NCBI GenBank assembly: GCA_048939245.1
Contig: JBHLPR010000045.1
Coordinates: 1-18,166, forward strand
DNA length: 18,166 bases
From: Promethearchaeota archaeon
Lineage (GTDB): Archaea; Asgardarchaeota; Hermodarchaeia; Hermodarchaeales; Hermodarchaeaceae
Direction of reading: 5' to 3'
Shown: positions 1 to 8,780 of the stretch, in pieces
Layout: each line of letters starts with the position of its first letter
Numbering within the stretch: the first letter of the stretch is position 1
The notes under the pieces: model-generated
Told to the model about the DNA's origin: nothing
What the model saw: only the letters and a program-made list of their open reading frames with translations
Database searches by the model: none
Position numbers and translations under genes: made by a program

Positions 1-212
1 AAACCAACAAGAGAAAGAAAAAGAATAATCCCAGCATAGGCTGTTGGGTCCGTTACTTGGAGGCTGGCTAGAAGTCCAAAAAAGGCATGGGTATCAATAA
101 ACCGATTAATCCCCACCAATACAAACAATATCATAATGATGATGTCAATGCCAGCAATAATTCGAACGATTAACGGGGCGCGTTTTGTTTTTGGTTTCAT
201 CGGGGCTTCCAT
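1..212 (-). CDS. Hypothetical membrane protein, N-terminal part (runs off the window's left edge)
   Basis: Manual translation from ATG at 212: MEAPMKPKTKRAPLIVRIIAGIDIIIMILFVLVGINRFIDTHAFFGLLASLQVTDPTAYAGIILFLSLVG. Open to the edge; basic N-terminus followed by hydrophobic TM-like segments. Not in the ORF track. Confidence 0.7.
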   Translation of the reverse strand, partial: MEAPMKPKTKRAPLIVRIIAGIDIIIMILFVLVGINRFIDTHAFFGLLASLQVTDPTAYAGIILFLSLVG

Positions 213-450
213 TTTTCTCAGCTCTTCCCAATTCCAGTTATTTTAATCGAATATTAATCTGAATTCATCCATATGCCTACAGCGTTTAAGGCGCATTTTA
301 AGATTGTTGGTAAATTTTGGCTTGTGTAGCATAAAAAATGCATAAAATGCTTTTGGATTACCATACTCTCTTGCTAGAATTAACCCCGTTAAGAAATCCA
401 CAGCATTTTTAGAGGAATTCACTATATTCGCCCGAAGGAGGTTAGATTCA

Positions 451-1101
451 TTGGAAACTCCCGGAATGCCATTAATTGGAGATAAAGCACCAACATTCGA
501 AGTCCAAACAACCATGGGCAAAATTAAATTTCCTGATGACTACAAAGGAAAATGGGTTGTACTATTTTCGCATCCCGCTGATTTTACACCTGTCTGCACC
601 ACAGAATTCTATGCCTTTACCAAACGGTTTAAGGAATTCGAGAAGCTGAACACACAACTGGTTGGTCTCAGCGTTGACAGTGTCTATTCACACATTAAAT
701 GGGTTGAATGGATCCAAGAAAATCTTGGCGAAGAAGTACGCTTCCCAGTCATCGCAGATGAAACCGGTAAAATCGGTCGCCTCATGGGCATGATTCATCC
801 TAATAAGAGTCAGGCGACGGTCCGCGCGGTCTTCTTCATTGATCCGAACAGCATCATTCGTGCCATCATCTATTATCCCCCTGAATTGGGTCGGAACTTC
901 GATGAGATTCTACGAGTGATCAAAGCCTTCCAAGTCGCAGATGAGAAGAAGGTTGCCATGCCAGCGAACTGGCCTGAAAACGAACTCGTTAAGGACCGGG
1001 TCATCGTTCCTCCTGCTTCGGATGTAAATGCTGCAAAACTCCGACTAAAGGATAAAGAGATCGAGTGTTACGACTGGTGGTTCTGCCACAAAGACGCTTG
1101 A
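451..1101 (+). CDS. Peroxiredoxin (Prx6 / archaeal thioredoxin peroxidase type)
   Basis: Peroxidatic motif [27 protein letters not shown], and C-terminal CYDWWFC typical of archaeal Prx6. SD GGAGGT at 437-442 precedes the TTG start; alternative ATG at 466. Confidence 0.96.
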   Translation: METPGMPLIGDKAPTFEVQTTMGKIKFPDDYKGKWVVLFSHPADFTPVCTTEFYAFTKRFKEFEKLNTQLVGLSVDSVYSHIKWVEWIQENLGEEVRFPVIADETGKIGRLMGMIHPNKSQATVRAVFFIDPNSIIRAIIYYPPELGRNFDEILRVIKAFQVADEKKVAMPANWPENELVKDRVIVPPASDVNAAKLRLKDKEIECYDWWFCHKDA

Positions 1102-1126
1102 TACTTTGATTACTGTTAACTTCTCA

Positions 1127-1164
1127 CGCGGCAATTTGCCGCGCATCTCTTATTTATTTCTTCT
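1127..1164 (+). terminator. Putative terminator: GC hairpin plus T-rich tract after the peroxiredoxin gene
   Basis: CGCGGCA-ATT-TGCCGCG (1127-1143), a perfect 7-bp stem, followed by CATCTCTTATTTATTTCTTCT, between convergent genes. Confidence 0.6.
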
Positions 1165-1233
1165 AAGTCAGATTCTTACCAAGAATTAGTGAATTGAAGA
1201 TTCTCTTTCTGCTTATCTTTTCTATTCGGCAAG

Positions 1234-1605
1234 CTATTCTATTAGTTCTTCATCTTCGGGACGCCAGTACGGGTCGACAATACAGAGGAATACGATGTCT
1301 TGGTTGCCAGTATTTTCCAGGTATTGCGTAGCCTTGGGAGGTACATAGACAAGTGAACCCGCTTCGACTTCACTTGATTCTTCATCAATATGCATAATCC
1401 CCGTTCCTTCCAGGAAATAGTAGACTTCGGAGGATTTCGTTAAGCGATGAGGAAGTGAAGCGTTTCTAGGGGGAACTTGTGCATGAGCGATACTATACCG
1501 CAGTTTTAATTTTGGTCCATCACGGAGCGGATTCAGTACTTCCCGAAGAATTGTTCCATCTAGTGCCGTGATGACTTTGCAGTCTGTGAGTTTTCGTACA
1601 AACAT
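1234..1605 (-). CDS. Cupin domain protein (RmlC-like, mannose-6-phosphate isomerase-like)
   Basis: Cupin motifs PHRLTKSSEVYYFLEGTG and GSLVYVPPKATQYLENTG. The likely start is ATG at 1605 (MFVRKL); the upstream extension to 1845 looks non-coding. Confidence 0.88.
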   Translation of the reverse strand: MFVRKLTDCKVITALDGTILREVLNPLRDGPKLKLRYSIAHAQVPPRNASLPHRLTKSSEVYYFLEGTGIMHIDEESSEVEAGSLVYVPPKATQYLENTGNQDIVFLCIVDPYWRPEDEELIE

Positions 1606-1881
1606 ACTATTCACACTCTGGTGTATTGCTGGTCGAGAGTGAATATAGTTAATCCTTTTGTTTACTTCTATCAATACGTAAATAGACGGAATTTGGCTCT
1701 TCCTTTTTTCATCAGGTGAAGTACTATTTTTAGAAGTGAATTGAATCCGAGAAGAAAAGGACATTAACGGATACAATAGCAGTTGAAGCAATCTCAATAG
1801 TCGAACGAGTAGGGATGGAATCACAGAAAGATTAAAGTCATTCATGGAAAGGCGAGGTCTAGAAACACTGGGGTCTGTGAC

Positions 1882-2430
1882 TTGGATAAGGCTGAAGCTG
1901 AGGCCGTTCTTCGAGAAATCGAGGCGTCAAATAATCACTATATCATTGGTCCCCAACGTGGTCATATTCTCGTACGGATTGCCAGTGAATTCCATCCACA
2001 ACGCATTCTTGAAATTGGGACAAATGTTGGCTACTCTACCATTCTCATGGGTAAGGAACTTCCGAAGCGGGCACGTATCACAACTATCGAAGTTAACCCT
2101 AAGTTTGCAGAACAAGCTAAACAGAATATTAAACGAGCAAATCTTGAACCCACAATCGAGGTACTAATTGGCGATGCGTTAGAAATCATTCCCACATTGA
2201 AAGAAGAATACGACTTTGTCTTCATTGATGCACTCAAAAGCCAATATTATGATTATCTGATGGCTCTCGAACCCCTCCTATTTCGGGGGAGCATGATCAT
2301 AGCTGATAACGTTGGGAAAAGCCATGAAAAAATGCAGAATTATCTGAAACATGTTCGTGACTCAGGCTTATACACGAGTCGCTTCATCATGGTGGGAGAT
2401 GACGGAGTAGAGTTAAGTATCCGTCGTTAG
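1882..2430 (+). CDS. Class I SAM-dependent O-methyltransferase (Methyltransf_3 / YrrM-like)
   Basis: ILEIGTNVGYS motif I, ITTIE, GDALE, YDFVFIDA and IIADNV motifs. TTG start. Confidence 0.92.
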   Translation: MDKAEAEAVLREIEASNNHYIIGPQRGHILVRIASEFHPQRILEIGTNVGYSTILMGKELPKRARITTIEVNPKFAEQAKQNIKRANLEPTIEVLIGDALEIIPTLKEEYDFVFIDALKSQYYDYLMALEPLLFRGSMIIADNVGKSHEKMQNYLKHVRDSGLYTSRFIMVGDDGVELSIRR

Positions 2431-2526
2431 TACTTACTCTATTCTCGTCTTCGTTTTTTAAGCAAGACAAAAAAACAAATAGCACTCAACATCAACATCC
2501 ACTGTCTATACATTGAGCTGGTTATT

Positions 2527-3594
2527 ATGGAAGCCTTTCTAAAGAAAAAAGCGGGGCCCGGCGTTGAACGAGCTACCGTAGACAAACCTAGTATTGGTGA
2601 CACTGATGTGTTGGTTGAAGTCAAAGGTGCTGCAATCTGCGGAACGGATGTGCATGTCTACGAATGGAATGATTGGGCTGCAAACCGGATTAAACCCCCT
2701 CTAATTGTCGGCCATGAAATGTCTGGAAAAGTCATTGAAGTTGGAGAAAAAGTTCATCATATAGCTGTTGGAGATATGGTGTCTGCTGAAACACATATTG
2801 TCGACCAAACTTGCCTTCAGTGTTTAACCGGCCGTGAACATGTATGCCAAAATATGACAATTCTTGGGGTGGATCGTGACGGGGTCTTTGCTGAGTATGT
2901 GTCGATTCCTGCTCATAATGCTTGGAAAAATGATCCCGAATTGGATCCCATTGTTGGAGCCATCCAGGAACCTTTAGGAAATGCAGTCCACACTCTTTTG
3001 CCAATTAATAATGTGGAAGATATTGCAGGACGAAATGTTGTAGTCGTTGGAATGGGTCCTATTGGATTAATGGCCGTAGCGGTTGCTAAGGAACTAGGCG
3101 CAGACAAAGTTTTTGCTACCGCTGGAGGACGAAATATAACCCGCATGAAACTTGCCAAAACCATGGGCGCCGATGAGGTATTCAGTGCCCGTGAACAGGG
3201 TCGAGAAGCCATCGTGAAAGCCATCCATGATGCCACCGATGGGAACGGGGCCGATGTAGCTGTTGAAATGAGTGGCCACCCCGATGGGCTCGTTACCGCT
3301 TTTGAAACATTGACGCCCGGTGGCCGCGTCAGTCTACTTGGCGTTTTCCCCAACCCCTTCGAAGTTGACCTAAATCGACTTATGATCTTTAAAGCCGCCA
3401 CCATCTATGGTATCAGTGGCCGTCTCATGTACCGAACGTGGTTCCAAGTCCGTGGTCTTCTACGCCGACCTCAGCTCCGTAAAAAAATCAGCCAGGTCGT
3501 AACTCATCGGTTACCAATTAAAGATCTCGAACAAGGGTTTAATCTGATCCTCTCCAAAAAAGCAGCGAAGGTCGGTTTGACACCCCAATGGTAA
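2527..3594 (+). CDS. tdh: L-threonine 3-dehydrogenase (Zn-dependent MDR family)
   Basis: ICGTDVHVYEWNDWA, GHEMSG, SAETHIV, QEPLGNAVHT, GMGPIG and GISGRLMYRTW match Tdh signatures; a kbl homolog lies nearby. Confidence 0.9.
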   Translation: MEAFLKKKAGPGVERATVDKPSIGDTDVLVEVKGAAICGTDVHVYEWNDWAANRIKPPLIVGHEMSGKVIEVGEKVHHIAVGDMVSAETHIVDQTCLQCLTGREHVCQNMTILGVDRDGVFAEYVSIPAHNAWKNDPELDPIVGAIQEPLGNAVHTLLPINNVEDIAGRNVVVVGMGPIGLMAVAVAKELGADKVFATAGGRNITRMKLAKTMGADEVFSAREQGREAIVKAIHDATDGNGADVAVEMSGHPDGLVTAFETLTPGGRVSLLGVFPNPFEVDLNRLMIFKAATIYGISGRLMYRTWFQVRGLLRRPQLRKKISQVVTHRLPIKDLEQGFNLILSKKAAKVGLTPQW

Positions 3595-3776
3595 CTGGCA
3601 TTTATTCCTGCTTATCTGGAAAGTAGAATTCACACCAACGGCATCGGTCTTCATCCGTGCATTTCCCAAGCGGTTTCTGGCTTTTAGGAGAGCAAGCAGA
3701 AGAAATTGTTTGTGACACAATTCTCCCTATTATTTTTGGTCTTCTTTAGTTTTCAACTTGAATGCGTATCAGTTCA

Positions 3777-4595
3777 TCACTCAAACTTCACAAAATGAAG
3801 TTGAGCGGTAATTTCAATTCTCTCTAAATCGTCCAGATCCTTGAATTGTGTGGTCGCTGCCGCACGCACATCTTGCATAATCTGTCGATGGACCACGTCA
3901 GGAAGATTGCGCCACATTGACGAGAAAACTCGTCGATCCAAATAGGATAGGGTCACACCTAATGGAACCTCAACGAATGTCTCGAAGTTATGCGTCTCCA
4001 CGCTAGCTCCCAGTCTCTGTAATTCCGCAATGACCTCATCTGGATCTGCACCCAATGAGGATACCCCATAACCAAGCTCTTTCCGTCGTTGTCTGTACAA
4101 TTTATTCAGATATGATTGATGAGTGATGGCTCCAACATAGCCAGTTATGATCGTTCCCTCCGAGCCTAGGATGTGACGGACTTCCTTCAACGCCTTAGAC
4201 CAATCAGTCATTAAATGAAACAAATGAATAGCCAGAACTGCTTTGAATATGCCACTACTAAGAGGTAACCTAGCGGCATCCCCAAAGACAAGATTGGAAC
4301 GAAGGAATTTTGAAGAACCTTGGTTGATGCAGGCTTGTTCTAGCATGCCTTGTGAAATATCAAAACCAATCACCTGTATTTTCTGACTAGCTAAGGCACG
4401 GAGAAACCGACCAGCACCGCAACCCAGTTCCAGTACAAGGTTTGAGGATATTAACTCGCATGTGTGAATAATGTCCCTAACAATTTCTTTCATGAATTCA
4501 TCTGGGATTCCACGAGTGACTTCATAATCCTCGGCAACACGTCCGAAATCGACGCGTGATGAGGAAGTTCCCGCTGGTTCACGCATACTCGTCAA
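3777..4595 (-). CDS. Class I SAM-dependent methyltransferase (UbiE / Methyltransf_11-like)
   Basis: VLELGCGAGRF, GFDISQGML, GDAARLPL and HLFHLMTDW motifs. The start may be ATG at 4586. Confidence 0.9.
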   Translation of the reverse strand: MTSMREPAGTSSSRVDFGRVAEDYEVTRGIPDEFMKEIVRDIIHTCELISSNLVLELGCGAGRFLRALASQKIQVIGFDISQGMLEQACINQGSSKFLRSNLVFGDAARLPLSSGIFKAVLAIHLFHLMTDWSKALKEVRHILGSEGTIITGYVGAITHQSYLNKLYRQRRKELGYGVSSLGADPDEVIAELQRLGASVETHNFETFVEVPLGVTLSYLDRRVFSSMWRNLPDVVHRQIMQDVRAAATTQFKDLDDLERIEITAQLHFVKFE

Positions 4596-4807
4596 AGAAA
4601 GAATTGGTTGAAAGGTCTAAAGCGTTATGCTCCTAACCTATTGGAGTTGTGAAATCTTGTTTTTCTCTCCACAAAATCATCCATTAGTCTGCCTCCTTGT
4701 CATCGTACTAAATATTAATCAAGCATACAGCTCTTCACTGATGGATGGGAGATGTGTTTTGAATAGCAGCGTCGTCAAGACACAAGTTTTCCTCATTCCG
4801 GTAACCA

Positions 4808-4843
4808 TTTAAAAGTCTCTAAGTAGATTTGCACCCACGGTGA
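4808..4843 (+). promoter_or_regulatory. Putative archaeal TATA box (TTTAAAA) and SD (GGTGA) of kbl
   Basis: TTTAAAAG at ~4808-4815 and GGTGA at 4839-4843, upstream of ATG 4852. Confidence 0.45.
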
Positions 4844-4851
4844 CTTAAACA

Positions 4852-6048
4852 ATGACTCGTGACCCAACTGCCTTTCTTAAACAGGAATATGAAGAGCTGG
4901 TCAAACAAGCCCTGGACTGGAGGCTCCGTGAGCTCCAAGGTCCCAGCTCTCCCAGGGCAATGGTGGATAACAAAGAAGTCATCATGCTCTGTAGTAACAA
5001 TTACCTCGGATTAAGCAACCACCCCAAACTCAAACAAGCGGCAATCGACGCTATCAAAACCCATGGGGTGGGAAGCGGCAGCGTTCGTCCTATTGCTGGT
5101 AACATGGATCTCCACGAAGAACTCGAACGCCGCCTTGCCCAATTCAAAGGTGCCGAAGCAAGCCTTGTGTATCAAACAGGCTTTGCTGCTAACGCGGGTC
5201 TCATTCCCCAACTCGCAGGAAAAGGGGATATCATTATCAGTGATGAACTCAACCATGGTTCTATCATTGATGGAGTCCGATTAACCCGGGCTGAACGGGC
5301 AATCTTCAAACACTGTAATGTCCCGGACCTTGGTCGTGTTCTTGAAGAAACGAAAAAACACAAGCCCGCTTATCGACGGATTCTCGTTATCACAGATGGT
5401 GTCTTCAGTATGGACGGAGACATTGCACCTTTAGGCCAAATCGTGAAAACATGTAAACCTCACGGCGCAATGGTCTATGTGGATGACGCCCACGGGGAAG
5501 CCGTACTTGGCGAAGGCGGTCGGGGTATTGTCTCTCACTTCAATCTTACACACAAAGATGTTCATGTCGAAATGGGAACCTTCAGTAAAGCCTTCGGGGT
5601 CGTCGGAGGACATGTCTCAGGCAGTGAATACCTCCGAAAATTCGCCTACAATAAATCCCGCACATGGCTTCTCAGTGGCTCACATCCCCCACCAGTAGCC
5701 GCAGCATGTATTGCAGCTATCGATATCTTAGAAAAAGAATCCCAACACGTCAAGAACCTCTGGAAAAACACCAACTACTTCAAGAAAGCACTCAATGACC
5801 TAGGATTCAACACTGGAATGAGTGAAACTCCAATCACCCCAGTGATCATCGGTGAAAGTGACAAAGCCCAAAAATTCAGCACACGGCTCTACGAAGAAGG
5901 GGTCTTCGCACTACCCATTGTCTACCCAATGGTCTCACGCGACACAGCTCGAATCCGTACAATTATGAATGCAGCGCTTAAAATGGAAGATCTCAACGAC
6001 GCCATTACAGCTTTTGACAAAGTTGGAAAAGAACTTAATGTCATTTAA
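4852..6048 (+). CDS. kbl: 2-amino-3-ketobutyrate CoA ligase (glycine C-acetyltransferase), PLP-dependent alpha-oxoamine synthase family
   Basis: CSNNYLGL, SDELNHGSIIDG, TDGVFSMDGD, VDDAHG, GTFSKAFG (PLP Lys) and ARIR motifs. Proximity to tdh favours Kbl over BioF. Confidence 0.88.
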   Translation: MTRDPTAFLKQEYEELVKQALDWRLRELQGPSSPRAMVDNKEVIMLCSNNYLGLSNHPKLKQAAIDAIKTHGVGSGSVRPIAGNMDLHEELERRLAQFKGAEASLVYQTGFAANAGLIPQLAGKGDIIISDELNHGSIIDGVRLTRAERAIFKHCNVPDLGRVLEETKKHKPAYRRILVITDGVFSMDGDIAPLGQIVKTCKPHGAMVYVDDAHGEAVLGEGGRGIVSHFNLTHKDVHVEMGTFSKAFGVVGGHVSGSEYLRKFAYNKSRTWLLSGSHPPPVAAACIAAIDILEKESQHVKNLWKNTNYFKKALNDLGFNTGMSETPITPVIIGESDKAQKFSTRLYEEGVFALPIVYPMVSRDTARIRTIMNAALKMEDLNDAITAFDKVGKELNVI

Positions 6049-6204
6049 TCAAAAACTAGTCAAGATTCTTTCAATCCGATTACTACAACAAGCGCAGAAT
6101 TGAACATCCTTTTCAATTTGTGCCCCACAAACTAGGCAATTTCGTGAACCTAGTGAATGTTCCAGGCTAGGGGTTCTTTGACAAAAGTCATTGCTTCCAA
6201 GCGA

Positions 6205-7536
6205 CTACAGCTTCATCATTTTACGCCGTCGATGAACAAGTAATCCCACTAAAACGAGTACAAGTATTCCGATGATGATTCCACCCGTGACGAGAATTAG
6301 CTGAGAGACTGGATCTAAAGAAAACGTTGGGGTAGAAAGAATCAATGCTGACAATATGTCCGATTGATATCCTGGTTTCTTAGTTGTATCAACCGGATTC
6401 CCATCTGCATCACATATAGCATAGAAGCCTACATTCGATGGATCGTAATGGTGGCTTCTAATGAATTCCACACAACCAAGATGCATCTCCCAATATGACA
6501 GGTTTTTTGTCAAGTGATATAGATCGAAAAATGCTTTCGCGGTATAAGCTAGATAAGCTGAGTTCCGATTAAAATCCTCTGGTTCGAGTTGGCGAGTTAC
6601 CCTTGTCATAAATCCGAGGTTAGCGTCTGTCCAGTAGCCCAAAAGATGATTAGCAATTTCCTTTGCATGGTTCCAATAAGTCATATTCAAAGTGAAGCGA
6701 TAACCTATGAGAAAGGCTTGAATCATCAACGATTGTGCGTGCAGGGGCTTAGTGCTATCGTATATTGCTCCAGAAGGTGTATATACTTGACAATAGCCGC
6801 CATAAGGTGAATCCCAATATACTCTTTGAGCAAAATTAAGGGCGTAGTTCAACTCTTCTAAAAAGGTAGTATTTGAGGGATCGATGCTGAGCAGTGCACC
6901 ACACGCCAAAGCAACAATCGGTGGTAGATAACCAAAGGGATAATAGATTAGATTTGGGTTTCCAAAGCCATCCACTTCAATATGATAACCACCATGATCT
7001 AAATTGTGATGGAAATCATGGATGAAGTACATGAGCCAAGCTGCAGTATCATAATAGGTTGTATTTCCTGTGTGTTTAAAGAGCTCAACAAGAGCACAGA
7101 TGAGGTGTGAATTGTCTGCAGTTCGTGAATTCCAGACAATTGCACTCGACCAATCTTCAACCATTCGTGCATTATAGGTGTGACTTGGATTTCGCATTTT
7201 TGCTTCGATAGTGTTGAAAGTTTCAATCGCATGATTTAGAGCAGATAAATCTCCTGTTGTGTAAAAATATCTCAAGCAACCTAATATGACGGCTGCCTCG
7301 ATTCCAAGGAACTTATTTCTTTGTATTGGGTTGCCAAACTGGTCCAATTCTTGATAATGACCACCATAATTGTAATCATAGCAGATTGTACTGATGAAAT
7401 TATATGCTGATGCAATACCTGCGTCAATTGATTGGAAACTTCGATGAGCCCTAGCCACTACTACCACTGGGCTGACTAGCAAAAATGATAGTAGCACAGT
7501 TATTAAACAACCCTCTACACGATTTCGACTATCCAT
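6205..7536 (-). CDS. Secreted, C-terminally membrane-anchored (alpha/alpha)6-barrel protein (AGE epimerase / GH76-like)
   Basis: Signal-like N-terminus (LITVLLSFLLVSPVVVVARA); repeated D-x-x-Y/H-G-G-Y...D-x-x-G loop motifs typical of AGE-family barrels; C-terminal TM helix plus basic tail HRRRKMMKL. The likely start is ATG at 7536. Confidence 0.75.
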   Translation of the reverse strand: MDSRNRVEGCLITVLLSFLLVSPVVVVARAHRSFQSIDAGIASAYNFISTICYDYNYGGHYQELDQFGNPIQRNKFLGIEAAVILGCLRYFYTTGDLSALNHAIETFNTIEAKMRNPSHTYNARMVEDWSSAIVWNSRTADNSHLICALVELFKHTGNTTYYDTAAWLMYFIHDFHHNLDHGGYHIEVDGFGNPNLIYYPFGYLPPIVALACGALLSIDPSNTTFLEELNYALNFAQRVYWDSPYGGYCQVYTPSGAIYDSTKPLHAQSLMIQAFLIGYRFTLNMTYWNHAKEIANHLLGYWTDANLGFMTRVTRQLEPEDFNRNSAYLAYTAKAFFDLYHLTKNLSYWEMHLGCVEFIRSHHYDPSNVGFYAICDADGNPVDTTKKPGYQSDILSALILSTPTFSLDPVSQLILVTGGIIIGILVLVLVGLLVHRRRKMMKL

Positions 7537-7743
7537 TCCACACAGCTCAAGGCCTGATGAATAGGATTCATCATCACACATGTTCCGCAATCGAAGGTTA
7601 AATCCTTTATCTAATGGAACTATACCTAGGAACTCAACGAAATCCTATTTTGGACGGTTTCGAAAGAAGATTAAAAACGGATGTCTGAGGAACACTAGAA
7701 ATCAAAGACATTGTTCTCTCTTACAAATCTGGTGGAATGAAAA

Positions 7744-8349
7744 ATGGCTGATTTCCAAAAGTACCACATCCAGCGGGGTCATGTAATCAGAGTCCCCGAT
7801 GATATGGCCAATGATTTTGGTGATGGTGACTGCTACCTCATTGATACTGGTCCCATCATTTACTTATGGTGTGGCAGTACGGCTACAGTTGACGAACGCT
7901 TTATCGGGGCAGTGACCTCGGTTTGGCGCGATCAGGAACGAAAAGGAGTCGCAAAACTAGTCACGGTTGAAGCTCAAAAAGAGCCTCCCGACTTCCTCGA
8001 GTTATTTGAGGGTAAAATCAAAATTACTGACCAAGACACAGAGGGTATTCTCAAAAAGGTCATATTGGAAAAACACGAATTCAAACTGTTCCGACTTAAC
8101 ATCGTGGGTGGCGTTCATTTGTTTATTGAAGTTCCGCGGAAAAAAGACAGTTTGAAATCCGACGATGTATACATCTTAGATACCTTTGATAAGATCTATC
8201 TTTGGCGGGGTAGTTCTTCAACTGGGCGTGAAAAGTTTCATGCCATGCTGATTGCCCGACGATATGACTATGAAAGAGCAGGGGCCCAACAAATCGTTCT
8301 CGTTGAAGAAGGAGAAGAAACCAAGGCGTTTCTTAACGCTCTCGAATGA
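7744..8349 (+). CDS. Two-domain gelsolin/villin-family actin regulator (Asgard 2DGel-like)
   Basis: Two gelsolin repeats: FGDGDCYLIDTGPIIYLWCGSTATVDER...EAQKEPPDFLELF and LKSDDVYILDTFDKIYLWRGSSSTGREK...EEGEETKAFLNAL. Confidence 0.92.
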   Translation: MADFQKYHIQRGHVIRVPDDMANDFGDGDCYLIDTGPIIYLWCGSTATVDERFIGAVTSVWRDQERKGVAKLVTVEAQKEPPDFLELFEGKIKITDQDTEGILKKVILEKHEFKLFRLNIVGGVHLFIEVPRKKDSLKSDDVYILDTFDKIYLWRGSSSTGREKFHAMLIARRYDYERAGAQQIVLVEEGEETKAFLNALE

Positions 8350-8439
8350 GTCTGCGCTGAAAAAAGTAGTAAAATTTCACGGAAAGCTTTGGTCAATGCT
8401 ACATCATATAGGTCTAGATTTATGCATCTTACATCAAAT

Positions 8440-8760
8440 AAGATGCTATTATTGTTAATGTAGTATATTAACAGGACTTATAATTATATATTAAGGGAAA
8501 GCAATTGGAAAATCTTTCAGAAAAATTGCTATAAATAATTAACATTTGGCGTATCTATTATGTAATAGATATCACTTTATAATATTTTTTAATAATATTA
8601 TAATTAATATTAATTAATAACAAATAAATGCAATTAGATTAGTATAAAATAGTTTTATTTATTATTAGTAAATATTATGTTTTAAACAATTAGTCTTCTA
8701 ATAGTTATAGGTATTGCATAAGCATTTTTATGGCGCCATTTTCTATAATCTCTGCCTATT
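8440..8760. other. Extremely AT-rich intergenic island
   Basis: 8521-8700 has 24 G/C in 180 nt (~13%); 8576-8620 is 45 nt of pure A/T; 16-bp palindrome TAATTAATATTAATTA at 8601-8616. Confidence 0.85.
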
Positions 8761-8780
8761 AATTACTACTGGGGACTTTC

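Noticed and set aside
1606-1845. 80-aa N-terminal extension of the cupin ORF
   Set aside because: It does not resemble cupin sequence and occupies the divergent promoter region; the start at 1605 fits the family length.
4852-6048. Annotation as bioF (8-amino-7-oxononanoate synthase)
   Set aside because: Same family, but no biotin genes are nearby and tdh is close, which favours kbl.
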